DNA of 64,000 nt from Minisyncoccota bacterium (GCA_040905715.1 JBBDRA010000003.1:199075-263074); one strand, 5' to 3'. Positions 44,671-55,887 are shown, counted from the first letter of the stretch. Notes: generated by a model from the sequence alone, not told the origin. Translations and numbers: made by a program.

Positions 44671-44865
44671 ATGAATTTATTTCAATCATATAGATATACA
44701 TGGTGGCAGATCGGTATTTTTAAGCTGGCGCTCTTGGGTATCGGTGTCGCTATTGGCGCGCAATGGCACGAGTTGCTTGCTGAATACTTGGTGCCGATCC
44801 TCTTGGTAGCGCTGGTCGCTACGGTCTATATTATGTACGTCTCGATCAAGCAGGTGAGGGGGTAA
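44671..44865 (+). CDS. small membrane protein
   Basis: 64 aa, 2 TM segments. Confidence 0.45.
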   Translation: MNLFQSYRYTWWQIGIFKLALLGIGVAIGAQWHELLAEYLVPILLVALVATVYIMYVSIKQVRG

Positions 44866-45061
44866 ACTTGCTTTTACCGTCTGCTCTAAGTATTGAACGA
44901 AAGCATACTAAAAGCCCGCGGTTGTGGTAGTGTTCCTTCTGCTGATCGGGTTGAAATTGCTGATCTGGCCGTGGTCTAAGTGAGGCAAGTATGGGGTTGA
45001 ACCTCATTATTTACAATGTGGGTGTAACTGCTGCGTAAGCGGGGTATGCTTTCGTGTTAAA

Positions 45062-45538
45062 ATGATACCTATGAACATTCTTAAACTAATGATCGCGATC
45101 GTAGTGCCGCTTGCGGTCGGGTTTCTCGGGTCGCTGGTGACCATGCCGGCGATCGACAGTTGGTACGTCGAGCTTGCAAAGCCGGCGCTGAATCCGCCGA
45201 GCTGGGTGTTCGGACCTGCCTGGACCGCTCTGTATGTGTTGATGGGTGTTGCGGCGTTTCTGGTCTGGAGAAAAGGGCTTGAGAGTAAGGGTGTACGGGT
45301 TGCGTTGGGACTCTTTGCAGCTCAGCTTGTACTGAACGGTATCTGGTCTTTTATTTTCTTCGGACTGCAGAATCCGATCGTTGCGCTTATTGATATCGCT
45401 GTGTTGTGGATCCTTATTGTGTTCACGATGATCGCGTTCTATCGTGTCTCACCGGTGGCAATGTGTCTGCTCGTTCCGTATCTTCTGTGGGTGAGCTTTG
45501 CTACGTACTTGAACGCGGCGATCGCTATGCTGAATTAA
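45062..45538 (+). CDS. tspO: TspO/MBR family tryptophan-rich sensory protein
   Basis: WY.EL.KP..NPPSWVFGPAWTALY motif, 5 TM segments. Confidence 0.85.
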   Translation: MIPMNILKLMIAIVVPLAVGFLGSLVTMPAIDSWYVELAKPALNPPSWVFGPAWTALYVLMGVAAFLVWRKGLESKGVRVALGLFAAQLVLNGIWSFIFFGLQNPIVALIDIAVLWILIVFTMIAFYRVSPVAMCLLVPYLLWVSFATYLNAAIAMLN

Positions 45539-45717
45539 ACCCGGGATCAGTTTTACCAACTGTTTTTGATGGGTGCGATTTTAATTAGCTCAATAGTGCC
45601 ACTCTTTCTTTTTCATCTATATCGAGGTTCAAAAAAATAACTACCTGAGTATAAAATTTCAACACAGAGGCCAGACCTCTGTGTTGGTGGGGAGAGATGT
45701 GGAGGGGGTGAACGAGT

Positions 45718-45969
45718 CTACTTCTCGTAGACCTTTCGCCACCAGTAGAAGCCTTGTTGGAGACCGAGTGCGAGACCGGCAAACCAGAGGGCGAAGGCGC
45801 CGATGCGATGAATAACGTGCCATGTTTCTATTGAGAGGCCGTAGAATGATCCTTCTGCCATAAATACCAGCAGAATAGGATACTCGATGCCGACGTGGAT
45901 CACGGTGCTGATCAGTAGGCCTAAAAACGTAAAGGCAAGGATGTATATGTATTTTTTAGCACGTTTCAT
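45718..45969 (-). CDS. small membrane protein
   Basis: 83 aa, 3 hydrophobic segments. Confidence 0.45.
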   Translation of the reverse strand: MKRAKKYIYILAFTFLGLLISTVIHVGIEYPILLVFMAEGSFYGLSIETWHVIHRIGAFALWFAGLALGLQQGFYWWRKVYEK

Positions 45970-46119
45970 TGTATTTATACTCTAGCATAGACAGTGGTTC
46001 GGTTGTGTGTGGATATACAAAAAGCCCTCGAAGTCTCATATGGTAGTCTCATGCGGTAGACAGGGTAGTTTTTATCAGATCAAAAGTATGCTAGGATATA
46101 ATTCAAATAAATATTATAT

Positions 46120-46869
46120 ATGAAAAATCGAACACGCATTATAGCAATTCTAGTACTTGTTTTCGCGGTTGGCCTTCTCGGATGGTTGTTTTTTGCCGGG
46201 GCAGGGTCTTCTGGGGGGAATCAAGTGGTTTCAGAAGAGATTCCGTCGGTTGTTGTTTTAGATTTTTATGATCCGTGGGTATCAGCATTAAAGGATCCTG
46301 ACACCGATCCATATCAGAAAGGGTTAGCAGAAGCCCCTATCCTTAGTGAAGAACTGCGAGCAAAACTTGCAGCCGCACAGGAGCGTCCGGAAGGCGAACC
46401 GGATCCGGTTCTGTGTCAGACTGGTGTACCCGGCGGTATTTCAGCCAGACCTATATTTGAAGACGATGAAAGTGCCCAGGTGCTGGTGATGGCGACGAGA
46501 CAAGAATTGCCCGGCCAGGCTGTGGTTACCCTCACGAAACTAAATAACGGATGGTATATTGATGACATTGAGTGTTCTTCAGGAGAAACTGCACCGGAGA
46601 GAGAGTTTAGTTTTGAGAGAGAGGGGTACTTGCTTAAGGATGTGCCGGCACCGCTCGATCCTCAGTATTGGCATATTGTTTTCGAACAAAACAATCAACA
46701 AGGTCACACAGCACCGCTTTTCTTCGGCGCAGAAAGCATGTGTGAAGATGAAAGCGGAGTAGAGTCGGTATGTAACCCTGATCAATTTACAGAAGCTTCA
46801 AAGGTGATGGTTAAGGGAGAAATGTCCGAGACAGGTGTTGAGGTTAAGCGCTTGGAGTTGATCGAGTAA
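46120..46869 (+). CDS. membrane-anchored hypothetical protein
   Basis: N-terminal TM; 249 aa. Confidence 0.55.
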   Translation: MKNRTRIIAILVLVFAVGLLGWLFFAGAGSSGGNQVVSEEIPSVVVLDFYDPWVSALKDPDTDPYQKGLAEAPILSEELRAKLAAAQERPEGEPDPVLCQTGVPGGISARPIFEDDESAQVLVMATRQELPGQAVVTLTKLNNGWYIDDIECSSGETAPEREFSFEREGYLLKDVPAPLDPQYWHIVFEQNNQQGHTAPLFFGAESMCEDESGVESVCNPDQFTEASKVMVKGEMSETGVEVKRLELIE

Positions 46870-46889
46870 ACTTAGGAAAATAATTTTAA

Positions 46890-46918
46890 ATAGCCCACGC
46901 GTAAGTGTGGGCTATTTA
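46890..46918 (+). terminator. hairpin terminator
   Basis: tagcccac gcgtaa gtgggcta then TTTAT. Confidence 0.5.
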
Positions 46919-47075
46919 TCTGTGTCACTATAGTAACTACATGAGGCGAGGGCTTTTGTGGTGTTACATTAATATAGTGAGATTGAGGGCTATACATAAA
47001 AATGATATAGTCAACATCAAAAGAGTACCTTCAGTCAGGTGAACTTTAGTCATTAGCATTTATTAATTGTAAATT

Positions 47076-50000
47076 ATGAGACAGCGTACATATAAAGTAT
47101 TACGAACCACATTTTCATTTATAACGATGCTTGCCATGGTGGCATCACTAACGGCGGGGTCATTTGTCCCGCAGGCGGTGCAGGCACAGGGGGAGGATGA
47201 AGGTGGAGAAAGTGGCTCGGTGACTGGAATCGAGATCACTGAAGGGGGTGATCAAGTGATCGGAGTTGATGAGGAGTCTGATGTTTTAGTTGTGACGTCT
47301 ATTGATAGCAATGGTGATCCGGTTGATGCGGATAAAAAGCTGGATCTAACTTTTGAGTCAAGTTCAGAGAATGGAGAGTTTTCTGGAGCAAATCAAACAA
47401 GTGATAACTGTTCGGGCAACTTCTCAACTGATTATACAAGTCATATATCTACAAACAGTTCTAATAAATCTTTTTGTTACAAAGACAGTACGCCTGGAAC
47501 ACACACAATAACGATAAGTGTAGACGGGGAAGACTGGGAGGCAGAGACAGAGATCACTGTTGAGGAGGCGGGAGACGGAGAAGTGGCTGGAGTTAACGAT
47601 ATTCCCGGTGATGGTGAATATGAATTTCCAAGTACAAACGAAGACAATAAAGAAAAGACTGTTCCCGGACGCGAAGGACAGGACGCTCCGTACGTTGAGT
47701 TGGTCGAGTCGCGTGTCGGTGAGGTTGAGCTCAAGTTCTTGAACAACACGAACTCACTAGCTGAGTTTGAGTATCGAATTGATGGTGAAGAAGTCTCCGG
47801 AGATGATCACCCGGTTGTTATCGGCGACGTTATCTACCCGACTGTTTCCGTTGACGGCCGAGATGAGGAAGACGAGGTGACCGAAACTGAAACGTTCGAA
47901 GCTGATGAGAAAGTGGAGGTCCGTCTAGCGCTCGGAGGTGAGCGGGACTGGGACTTTGATTGGGTGTCTTTTGAAGTTCAGAAAGACTCTGACAGCAACG
48001 AAGACGAGACACTCTCAGTGCCACAGTTGATACAGCCTGAAGACGGTTCGGTAATGCAAAATGTTGAATTTACACAAACTTGGAGTGAAGTAGATGATGC
48101 GGTTGAGTACGAATACCGAAGCTGTAATAACGATCCGGAAGAAGAATCGTGTGATCTAAAGTACGAAGACACCTATACTGATACTGAAAAAACCGTTGAC
48201 GCCGGACAACCGGACAGCGTCTTCTGGTGGCAGGTGCGCGCAGTTGATGATGAGGGAAATACGAGCGACTGGAGCGAGGCATGGAAGCTGGTTATTGAGA
48301 ATACTAATGGTGGTGGAGGATCCTCATCAGGAGATGAAGACACAGAAGACCCTGAGACAGAAGAACTTGCAGACGGCAAGCCGGGAGACAATAGTACATG
48401 GAACGGCCCTATTACCGTTGCCGGAACGTCGACTGATAACGAAGGTGTAAGCCACGTAAACATCTATATCAAAGAAGCTGGTGATGGTGATGTATATGGA
48501 GACGGCTATGGCGATCCGATCAAAACGATCTACAATGATGATAATGATAGCCCATTCGTCTGGGAGACTACTATTGAACCGGAAGAAGGCGGAACGTATG
48601 ACATAAAAGTTTCGGCAGTTGATACGTCCGGAAACGAAGAGAGTAGCGCGTACGCCTACAATGTTACGTATAACAGTGGAGATGAGACCGTGCCGGAGAT
48701 GTCTGACCTTACAATGTATGTTGAGCGGAACGGAAATTATGAAGAGTCGTCCGTTGTTAAGCCGGGCGATAACGTGCGAATTGAAGTAGACGCAACTGAC
48801 GACGGATCAGGAATTGAGGATGTAGAGTTCCGTGTTCAGTCTCAAGACAAGCAGTACGTTGCACTTACGTCTGTAGATAGCGCTGTTGAGGGTGATACGT
48901 ATCGTTTTGAGTACCAGGTGCCAACTGACGGTAAGTACATCAATACGCACAATCCGATGAACGAAGATGATGACGGTCACTTTTATTGGGTGCGGGCGAC
49001 AGATGAAGAAGGAAACTATCACCACGGTATAAGTGATGATTTCACGTTCGACAAGACTCATCCGGAGGTGTTAGTGGTCTCACCGGAAGTGGATGAGTAT
49101 GTAAGTGGAGATGTAGAATTTAAGGCTGAACTTACAGATAATTATAAACTTGCTGATTACCGCGTCATTGTTCACTACAAAGAAGGCGGGGTAAATGACA
49201 GAGTTTACTTTGGAGACTGGACACCGATCAATAATCCGGGAAGTGAGAACACAGTCACTCATAACTGGGACTCGACCGTGGAGGAGAACGGCGAATACCA
49301 CGTACGTATTTTTGCGCGAGATGAGGCGGGGAATACGGCAGAGCATCACGAAACTGAGGATCGGCACTTCCATGTGGATAATACTGACCCAGAAGGAGAG
49401 ATCGAGTATAACGGCGGGGATGTAATTGATAATGTGCGCTACTTGAAATCAATAGAGGACTTTTCATTTGAAGGAACCTTTAGTGACAACATGGAGCTTG
49501 ACCGAACCTCATACGTGGTTTGGGAGGTTGATGAGGAATTCAAAAACCGAAGCCTTTACTGTGGCAACTGGAATGAAAACGCTTCCACCAATGTTGCTCT
49601 TAGCGGTTCAAGCGACACTATTAATGAAGTTGTTAAAGATTGCGGTCCAGCGAAAGACTGGGGTAATGGAAATTACGAGATCGGACATCGTGTTCACGAC
49701 GAAGCAGGCAACTCTATCAGTCTAAACCAGCCGACAGAGAAGTTTGTAATTGACGGTAGTAAGCCGGTTGTTGAAGTTCTTGCTCCTGAAGATGGTCTCG
49801 TAACCAACTCTGATTTCGAGATCGAGATCAAGGGAAGTGATGAAGACTCAGGTCTAAAACAACTTGTTATTAATCTCACCAAGGATGGAAGCCACTACGC
49901 TTCGTGTTTGAACGAGGGCGTGGGCGGTGAGGAAGAGTACACAGCAAGCTGTGCTATAGACGTTGATGATCTTGGAAACGGATCATACGGCTTTAAAACA

Positions 50001-51347
50001 AACGTTCGTGATCGAGCTGATAACCTAAGTAATACGGAAATACAGAGTTTCGAAATTGATATTGATAAGCCAAAGGCGATTATCACCAGTCCAGAGAATG
50101 GATCGGTCATCCCGTCAGATATTGTGGTCGAAGGAGAGGCTAGTGACGATGAGACCGGAATTGATCACGTAAAGTATACAGTGACACAGATCGATGAGAT
50201 CGGAGGAAGCTATGCCGGATCGATCGAAAACGGAGTCGCCGTGTACGACAATTCAGAGAAAACCTTTGAGTTCCCGGTAGATGAACTTGAAACTGGTTTT
50301 TACAGGCTCAAGGTTCAGGCTTTTGACGAAGCAGGTAACTGGAAGTACCACTACGTTGACGTTGAGGTAGATAACACAGAAGATCCGACGACCACTATTG
50401 TAGCGCCGACCGGAATTGTGGGGGCTGTATTTACGGTAAGCGGAAAAGCAAATGCTGATTCAGACGTGGGACTTAATCGAGTATATGTGCAGCTTGTAAA
50501 TCGTCAGGACAATAATCGATATGGTGGTACTACTATTCATCTTATTGGTGAAGGAGAGAGCGCAGACTGGTCACGAGAATATAATGCAAATGAACTTGGC
50601 CTTCCAGACGGTGACTATGCAGCACACGTATCTGTAGTTGATAGAGATGGAAATACCGGTTCAGCTGGCTGGACAGAAAACTTCACAGTAGACAGTACCG
50701 CACCGTCCGGATCGTTTATTCACGAAAATCCTCAAAGCGGGATAGATACAATAGAAGTTGTGATCGAAGAGAACGGTTCGGCCGGACTTGGCCAGCAGCA
50801 GGTGGTAATGCGAAATTCTGAAGGTGTTGTTGTCGGGAACTTCTTCTACAATGTCGAGACCGAAGCTGTTCGGGTTGATGAGATGGACGACGAAGATGTA
50901 AACATTACTTACAGTGGAGATGAGGTTGCAGGCATTATCCAGATCGAATTCGATACAAATGAACTCGAGAACGGCGAGTACAATCTACGCCTTTTCACAA
51001 AGGATCAGGTTGGAAACGGTCAGTCAGCGATCTACGGAACAAGCGTGATCGATAATGGCGAGCCGGAAGCCTTGTTGCAAACCGATAATTCATTTCAAAT
51101 AACCGGTGGGTATAATCCACAGTCTGTGGGTGGTCAGAACAATGGCGAAGGACAAGTGCTTGGTATCCAAACCACCGGCGACCAGGGTCTCTCTGTTGAG
51201 GATATTCAGAAACTCAATGCGATCATTGAATCACTCTATGTTCTGCTTGGTTCACTTGACCAAATGTCAGAGGAAGACCGAGAGGAAACAAGCAAGAAGA
51301 TCAGTGATATCGTGTCTGCTCTAACTGCTATAATAGTTAACAACTAA
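47076..51347 (+). CDS. giant secreted cell-surface protein with multiple bacterial Ig-like/FN3-like domains (1423 aa)
   Basis: signal peptide; recurring V.A.D.AGN and WW.VRAVD.EGN.S.WSE motifs; acidic composition. Confidence 0.8.
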   Translation: MRQRTYKVLRTTFSFITMLAMVASLTAGSFVPQAVQAQGEDEGGESGSVTGIEITEGGDQVIGVDEESDVLVVTSIDSNGDPVDADKKLDLTFESSSENGEFSGANQTSDNCSGNFSTDYTSHISTNSSNKSFCYKDSTPGTHTITISVDGEDWEAETEITVEEAGDGEVAGVNDIPGDGEYEFPSTNEDNKEKTVPGREGQDAPYVELVESRVGEVELKFLNNTNSLAEFEYRIDGEEVSGDDHPVVIGDVIYPTVSVDGRDEEDEVTETETFEADEKVEVRLALGGERDWDFDWVSFEVQKDSDSNEDETLSVPQLIQPEDGSVMQNVEFTQTWSEVDDAVEYEYRSCNNDPEEESCDLKYEDTYTDTEKTVDAGQPDSVFWWQVRAVDDEGNTSDWSEAWKLVIENTNGGGGSSSGDEDTEDPETEELADGKPGDNSTWNGPITVAGTSTDNEGVSHVNIYIKEAGDGDVYGDGYGDPIKTIYNDDNDSPFVWETTIEPEEGGTYDIKVSAVDTSGNEESSAYAYNVTYNSGDETVPEMSDLTMYVERNGNYEESSVVKPGDNVRIEVDATDDGSGIEDVEFRVQSQDKQYVALTSVDSAVEGDTYRFEYQVPTDGKYINTHNPMNEDDDGHFYWVRATDEEGNYHHGISDDFTFDKTHPEVLVVSPEVDEYVSGDVEFKAELTDNYKLADYRVIVHYKEGGVNDRVYFGDWTPINNPGSENTVTHNWDSTVEENGEYHVRIFARDEAGNTAEHHETEDRHFHVDNTDPEGEIEYNGGDVIDNVRYLKSIEDFSFEGTFSDNMELDRTSYVVWEVDEEFKNRSLYCGNWNENASTNVALSGSSDTINEVVKDCGPAKDWGNGNYEIGHRVHDEAGNSISLNQPTEKFVIDGSKPVVEVLAPEDGLVTNSDFEIEIKGSDEDSGLKQLVINLTKDGSHYASCLNEGVGGEEEYTASCAIDVDDLGNGSYGFKTNVRDRADNLSNTEIQSFEIDIDKPKAIITSPENGSVIPSDIVVEGEASDDETGIDHVKYTVTQIDEIGGSYAGSIENGVAVYDNSEKTFEFPVDELETGFYRLKVQAFDEAGNWKYHYVDVEVDNTEDPTTTIVAPTGIVGAVFTVSGKANADSDVGLNRVYVQLVNRQDNNRYGGTTIHLIGEGESADWSREYNANELGLPDGDYAAHVSVVDRDGNTGSAGWTENFTVDSTAPSGSFIHENPQSGIDTIEVVIEENGSAGLGQQQVVMRNSEGVVVGNFFYNVETEAVRVDEMDDEDVNITYSGDEVAGIIQIEFDTNELENGEYNLRLFTKDQVGNGQSAIYGTSVIDNGEPEALLQTDNSFQITGGYNPQSVGGQNNGEGQVLGIQTTGDQGLSVEDIQKLNAIIESLYVLLGSLDQMSEEDREETSKKISDIVSALTAIIVNN

Positions 51348-51399
51348 CCGTTGCTAGAAAGAAATCCGGTAGTAAGAATAAAGGCAGTAAATGTAGAAA

Positions 51400-51436
51400 A
51401 ACAAAACCACTTACGTTGTAGGTGGTTTTGTTTTTG
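51400..51436 (+). terminator. rho-independent terminator
   Basis: aaaaccacttacgttgtaggtggtttt plus T5. Confidence 0.65.
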
Positions 51437-51526
51437 AAGGTACCTTCTTGGCGATAGTATTGATTGACAATCAGTGTAAGTGGTTGTAATTTGAACGTAG
51501 TACTTATACGTATAAAATGTATATCT

Positions 51527-51760
51527 ATGAAAAATATACTTGTATCCGGTTTTTTGGCAGTGTTCGTGTTCTCCGTCTTTGCAGTGCCGGCGCAGGCGCT
51601 CGAGAAGGACTTCGACACTATCGATAACGCACCTGAGGAAAAAGAGCGAGGCATGTCAGCCAAGCAATGGGAAAAACTAGAAAAAGTACTTCGAGATACT
51701 CCCAACGGCGACAAAGTAGTGCGTATTCTCAAGAAAAGGTTGCCGGGAATCATTAATTAA
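51527..51760 (+). CDS. small secreted hypothetical protein
   Basis: signal peptide MKNILVSGFLAVFVFSVFAVPAQA. Confidence 0.5.
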   Translation: MKNILVSGFLAVFVFSVFAVPAQALEKDFDTIDNAPEEKERGMSAKQWEKLEKVLRDTPNGDKVVRILKKRLPGIIN

Positions 51761-51848
51761 CAAGTACAGACAATTAATTTCCTTACAAAACTCCACGTAT
51801 ATGTGGTGTTTTGTTTTACATATTTTAAATTTCCTGTACCGTGTGGTG

Positions 51849-53339
51849 ATGTCTCGTAATGACGGAATACTCAGTTTTAAGGAAGTTTCTTTTGAACACG
51901 GACCGAACAATCCGATCCTCGATGAGGTGAATTTTGTAGTACGCCGCGGTTCCAAGCTGACATTGATGGGTCAGAACGGCGCAGGCAAGAGCACTATCTT
52001 TGGCTTGATCACTCAAAAATACGAGCCGGAGGAGGGGTCTATTAATTTTCACGGTAAACCCTCAATTGCCACGGCTCGCCAGGTTATTCCACGTGAGGAA
52101 CTCGACCTAACGGTTCGTGATTTCTTTCAGAACTGCTTCTCAGAAAAAATATACGCCATTGATCCGAAGATCGACGAGGTTCTTGAGGTGGTTAACCTCA
52201 AGGCACCGTACGATCGAACCATTCGCTCTTTCTCCGGCGGACAGCAGGCACGTCTCCTTCTTGCTTCTGCTTTGATCCAGGATCCGGACATTCTTCTTCT
52301 CGACGAGCCGACCAACAACCTCGATAAAGAAGGCATTGCGCACCTGACTGACTTTCTGGTCGGCTACCAGAAGACCTGCTTGGTTATCTCGCATGACGCA
52401 GACTTTCTTAACGCCTTTACTCACGGCGTGCTCTATCTTGATGTTCACACACATAACGTTGAGCAGTATGTCGGCGACTACTTCGATGTGGTTGAGGAAA
52501 TATCTGTTCGTATAGAGAAAGAAAACAGAAAGAACGCTCAGCTTGCCAAGAAAGCTCAGGAGAAGAAAGACCAGGCAAATGTTTTTGCTAATAAAGGTGG
52601 GGGCATGAGACTCGTTGCCAAGCGAATGCGTGCCGTGGCCGAGGAAATGGAGGAAGACGCTGTCGACGTACGACGAGAAGACAAAGTTATTCGGTCGTTT
52701 ACGATCCCCGCTCAGGAGGATACACCTCCGGAGATCCTCAAAATATCGTCGGTCAAAGTTATAAAAGACCACGTATCCAAAGATAAAAAAGTGGACTTGC
52801 TGGTGCGGCGGCGTGACCATGTGCAGCTGATCGGACCCAACGGTATTGGCAAGACAACACTGCTTGAGTCGCTCACTCATTCACCGCTAAAGAGTGAAGA
52901 GCAAAAAGAACCCTCACACGTTCTTTCTTCGGGTGTGAAGGTCGGGTACTATTGCCAGGATTTCTCAACGCTTGATTTTGAAAAGACACCGTATGAGACA
53001 CTTTTGGAAGTGATGGATCGCAAACACGAAGAAGAGATGCGTTCAGTTGCGGCCGGTTTTTTGATAACGCGTGATCTTATTAATACAAAAATAGGACACC
53101 TCTCGGAGGGGCAGAAAGGCCTGGTTGCGTTCGCTCGACTTGTGCTTCTTCGGCCGGGATTGCTTATTCTCGATGAGCCGACCAACCACATTAACTTCCG
53201 TCATGTGCCGGTAATCGCGAAAGCACTCGATGAGTATAACGGCGCAATGATCATTGTGAGCCACGTTCCGGAATTTATGGAGCAGATCCGTATCGACCAG
53301 GTTGTCGATCTGGAGAAACTACGCAGAAAAAACAGATAG
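51849..53339 (+). CDS. ABC-F family ATPase (two ABC domains, no TM domain)
   Basis: GQNGAGKST / LSGGQQ / LLLDEP and GPNGIGKTT / LSEGQK / LILDEPTNH. Confidence 0.85.
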   Translation: MSRNDGILSFKEVSFEHGPNNPILDEVNFVVRRGSKLTLMGQNGAGKSTIFGLITQKYEPEEGSINFHGKPSIATARQVIPREELDLTVRDFFQNCFSEKIYAIDPKIDEVLEVVNLKAPYDRTIRSFSGGQQARLLLASALIQDPDILLLDEPTNNLDKEGIAHLTDFLVGYQKTCLVISHDADFLNAFTHGVLYLDVHTHNVEQYVGDYFDVVEEISVRIEKENRKNAQLAKKAQEKKDQANVFANKGGGMRLVAKRMRAVAEEMEEDAVDVRREDKVIRSFTIPAQEDTPPEILKISSVKVIKDHVSKDKKVDLLVRRRDHVQLIGPNGIGKTTLLESLTHSPLKSEEQKEPSHVLSSGVKVGYYCQDFSTLDFEKTPYETLLEVMDRKHEEEMRSVAAGFLITRDLINTKIGHLSEGQKGLVAFARLVLLRPGLLILDEPTNHINFRHVPVIAKALDEYNGAMIIVSHVPEFMEQIRIDQVVDLEKLRRKNR

Positions 53340-53376
53340 AGAAATAAATAAAAGGCTGCGTGATATACTTATTATA

Positions 53377-54513
53377 ATGCACCGCTTTATGAACTTTCAG
53401 CAGATACGTTTCGTTTTTGTCGGTTGTCTGTTAGCCGGGGTGATCTCGCTGTCTTTTGCCGGTGTTGTTCAGGCTCAGTCGGAGCAAGAAGAGGATCTTG
53501 AGATCGTATCGGCAACAGTGACGCGTATTTTTGAAACCCGGGAGCAGGAGCTACCGGGCCTCGATCGGACGGTGACTCTTCAGACGGTCGAATTTCGAGT
53601 TACCGAGGGAGAGGCTGAAGGGAGACTCGTTGAGCTCGAACAAGATCTTGCTGTGCTGGAGCCGGGGCAGAAGGTTTTTCTTTCAGTGCTCGAGACGGAT
53701 GAAGGAGTACAGTATTCGCTCTATGAACTTGATCGTCGCACGCCGTTGCTTATCCTCGGCCTTGTTTTTGCGGCTACTGTTGTGGCGATCGGTGGATGGC
53801 AGGGAATGCGGTCGCTGGTGAGTCTGGCAATAAGTTTTTTCGCAATACTATACGTTTTGCTACCACTGCTGACACATGGATACTCTCCGGTTCTGGTCAG
53901 TATTGCAATTGGAGTAGCGATCTTGACGTTGGCCATATATATAACTCACGGTGTAAGCCGGCAGTCATCGGTCGCGTTATTCGGCACGCTTATTGCCATT
54001 ACCTTCAGTGGATTACTCGCGCACGGTGCGGTTGAATGGATCACGTTGACCGGCTTTGCCAGTGAGGCTTCGTCGTATCTTAGCGTGACAAGTGATTCGA
54101 TCACGAACTTTCGTGGATTGCTTTTAGGAGGGATAATTATCGGTATGCTGGGTGCGCTTGATGATATTGCCATTATTCAAGTTTCAATGGTCAACGAATT
54201 CAAACGGGCAAAGACGGATCTTTCGTCGTTTGAAATATTTATGCGAGCAATGCGTGTTGGGCGCGAGCACGCCGCTTCGCTCGTGAACACGCTGGTGCTG
54301 GCGTATGTGGGTGTAGCGCTTCCGCTTCTTTTATTGATCGTTGGCGCAAACGTATCGTTCGGCGTTCTTGTCAGCAGTGAGCTGTTTGCTACAGAGATCG
54401 TCCGTACCCTGGTGGGCAGTATCGGGTTAATACTCACCGTACCGATAACAACTCTTTTCGCTACTATCTGGTTAACGGGTGATGAAGAAACTGCTCACGA
54501 TCACCATCACTAG
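53377..54513 (+). CDS. YibE/F-family membrane protein
   Basis: N-terminal TM, extracytoplasmic domain, then about 6 TM segments typical of YibE/F; alternative leaderless start at 53389 right after TATAAT 53373-53378. Confidence 0.6.
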   Translation: MHRFMNFQQIRFVFVGCLLAGVISLSFAGVVQAQSEQEEDLEIVSATVTRIFETREQELPGLDRTVTLQTVEFRVTEGEAEGRLVELEQDLAVLEPGQKVFLSVLETDEGVQYSLYELDRRTPLLILGLVFAATVVAIGGWQGMRSLVSLAISFFAILYVLLPLLTHGYSPVLVSIAIGVAILTLAIYITHGVSRQSSVALFGTLIAITFSGLLAHGAVEWITLTGFASEASSYLSVTSDSITNFRGLLLGGIIIGMLGALDDIAIIQVSMVNEFKRAKTDLSSFEIFMRAMRVGREHAASLVNTLVLAYVGVALPLLLLIVGANVSFGVLVSSELFATEIVRTLVGSIGLILTVPITTLFATIWLTGDEETAHDHHH

Positions 54514-54589
54514 AGTAGATATCTGTATGTGAATAGCAGTACACATGTGTAGTGCGGTTGTGCTGCTTAATTAGTGGTACTATTTATTA

Positions 54590-55591
54590 ATGACTCAGCA
54601 CTATTCTAAAAAACACTATCCTAAAAAATCTGCGGGCAGGAAGGCAACGCGGTCTGTTATAACTGCGCGAGGCGATGAAACGCTCGGCCAGGTCGAAAAA
54701 CGACTTCATAGTGAGGTAGATTCGCTTAAGATGCTCCAGTATGTCTATGTTCTCGATGAGGAGGACAAACTTCTCGGTGTTTTCTCTATGAGAGATCTCT
54801 TTACCCGGCCGGCAAATGTACAAGCGCATGAGGTTATGTCAGATTCGCTTCTTTGGGTTCATCCGCATACAGACCAAGAAGTCGTCGCCACGAAAGCACT
54901 TAAGAACGGCATCCGAGCCATGCCTGTTATAGATAAAGACGGGGTCTTTCTCGGTGTCGTAACAGCTGACGCTATTTTTGGGATCCTATCGGAAGAGCAC
55001 AGCGAGGACTTGCTCTATATGGGAGGAGTTGAACAAGGCTACTCGGCAAGCGCGATCATAAGTGAGCGTCTCTTGGTGTTGCTGAGGGCGCGGCTGCCGT
55101 GGCTTTTGATCGGGTTGGCCGGAGGCTTGGTGGCAGCGCTGCTCGTTGAACGGTTTGAAGCGGTTCTGGAGAATTATATCGTCTTAGCATTTTTCCTGCC
55201 GCTTGTTGTGTACATGAGCGACGCGGTCGCCAATCAAACGCTTACCATACTCATTAGAGCGATGGCTTTGGACGATGCGTTTTCCCGGAGGCGGTACATT
55301 GTACGTGAGCTCGGTCTGGGTACCTCGCTCGCTTTTATTATGGGCGTGCTACTCTTCCTGGTCACTCTGGGATGGTTCGGTGATCCGATGCTTGGCCTGG
55401 TGCTCGGCGTCGCCTTGTTCCTCGCGGTCATTGTGGCTGTTTTGGTTGCGCTCGGCATGACCTTTCTTTTGGTTTCATTGAAAAAAGATCCTGCTGTTGG
55501 GAGCGGTCCGTTCGCCACGATCATCATCGACCTTGTTACTATACTGATCTATTTTACGATCGCGGCTTTGTTTCTTCCGGTTCTCGGGTGA
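54590..55591 (+). CDS. mgtE: magnesium transporter MgtE (CBS pair plus MgtE TM domain, lacks the N domain)
   Basis: PWLLIGL...FLPLVVYMSDAVANQT..IRAMALDD and GSGPFATIIIDLVTILIYF align with the MgtE TM domain. Confidence 0.8.
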   Translation: MTQHYSKKHYPKKSAGRKATRSVITARGDETLGQVEKRLHSEVDSLKMLQYVYVLDEEDKLLGVFSMRDLFTRPANVQAHEVMSDSLLWVHPHTDQEVVATKALKNGIRAMPVIDKDGVFLGVVTADAIFGILSEEHSEDLLYMGGVEQGYSASAIISERLLVLLRARLPWLLIGLAGGLVAALLVERFEAVLENYIVLAFFLPLVVYMSDAVANQTLTILIRAMALDDAFSRRRYIVRELGLGTSLAFIMGVLLFLVTLGWFGDPMLGLVLGVALFLAVIVAVLVALGMTFLLVSLKKDPAVGSGPFATIIIDLVTILIYFTIAALFLPVLG

Positions 55592-55887
55592 GGGCATAGG
55601 ATCGTTCCTTGTGTGGGGTGATAATGGTGTAGGGTAATGGTGTTTTAGTGTGGTATTCTGGATCTAGTCGCTTTTCTTCCTTTTAGGACCACTATTTCCG
55701 ATTGAGCGGTTCCGCATACTTCTCGCCGTTTATGAGCGCGCTGGTTCTCGTGGGCGCGATCGTTGTGACGTTGTCGGTGGGGGCATATCAGTTCTCGAGA
55801 ATTGAGGTATAGGAATTCTATGCACCGGTGTGCTGTAATGAGTTTAGCGGATCAAGACTCTATATAACATAGTGTCTCGTAAACAAA

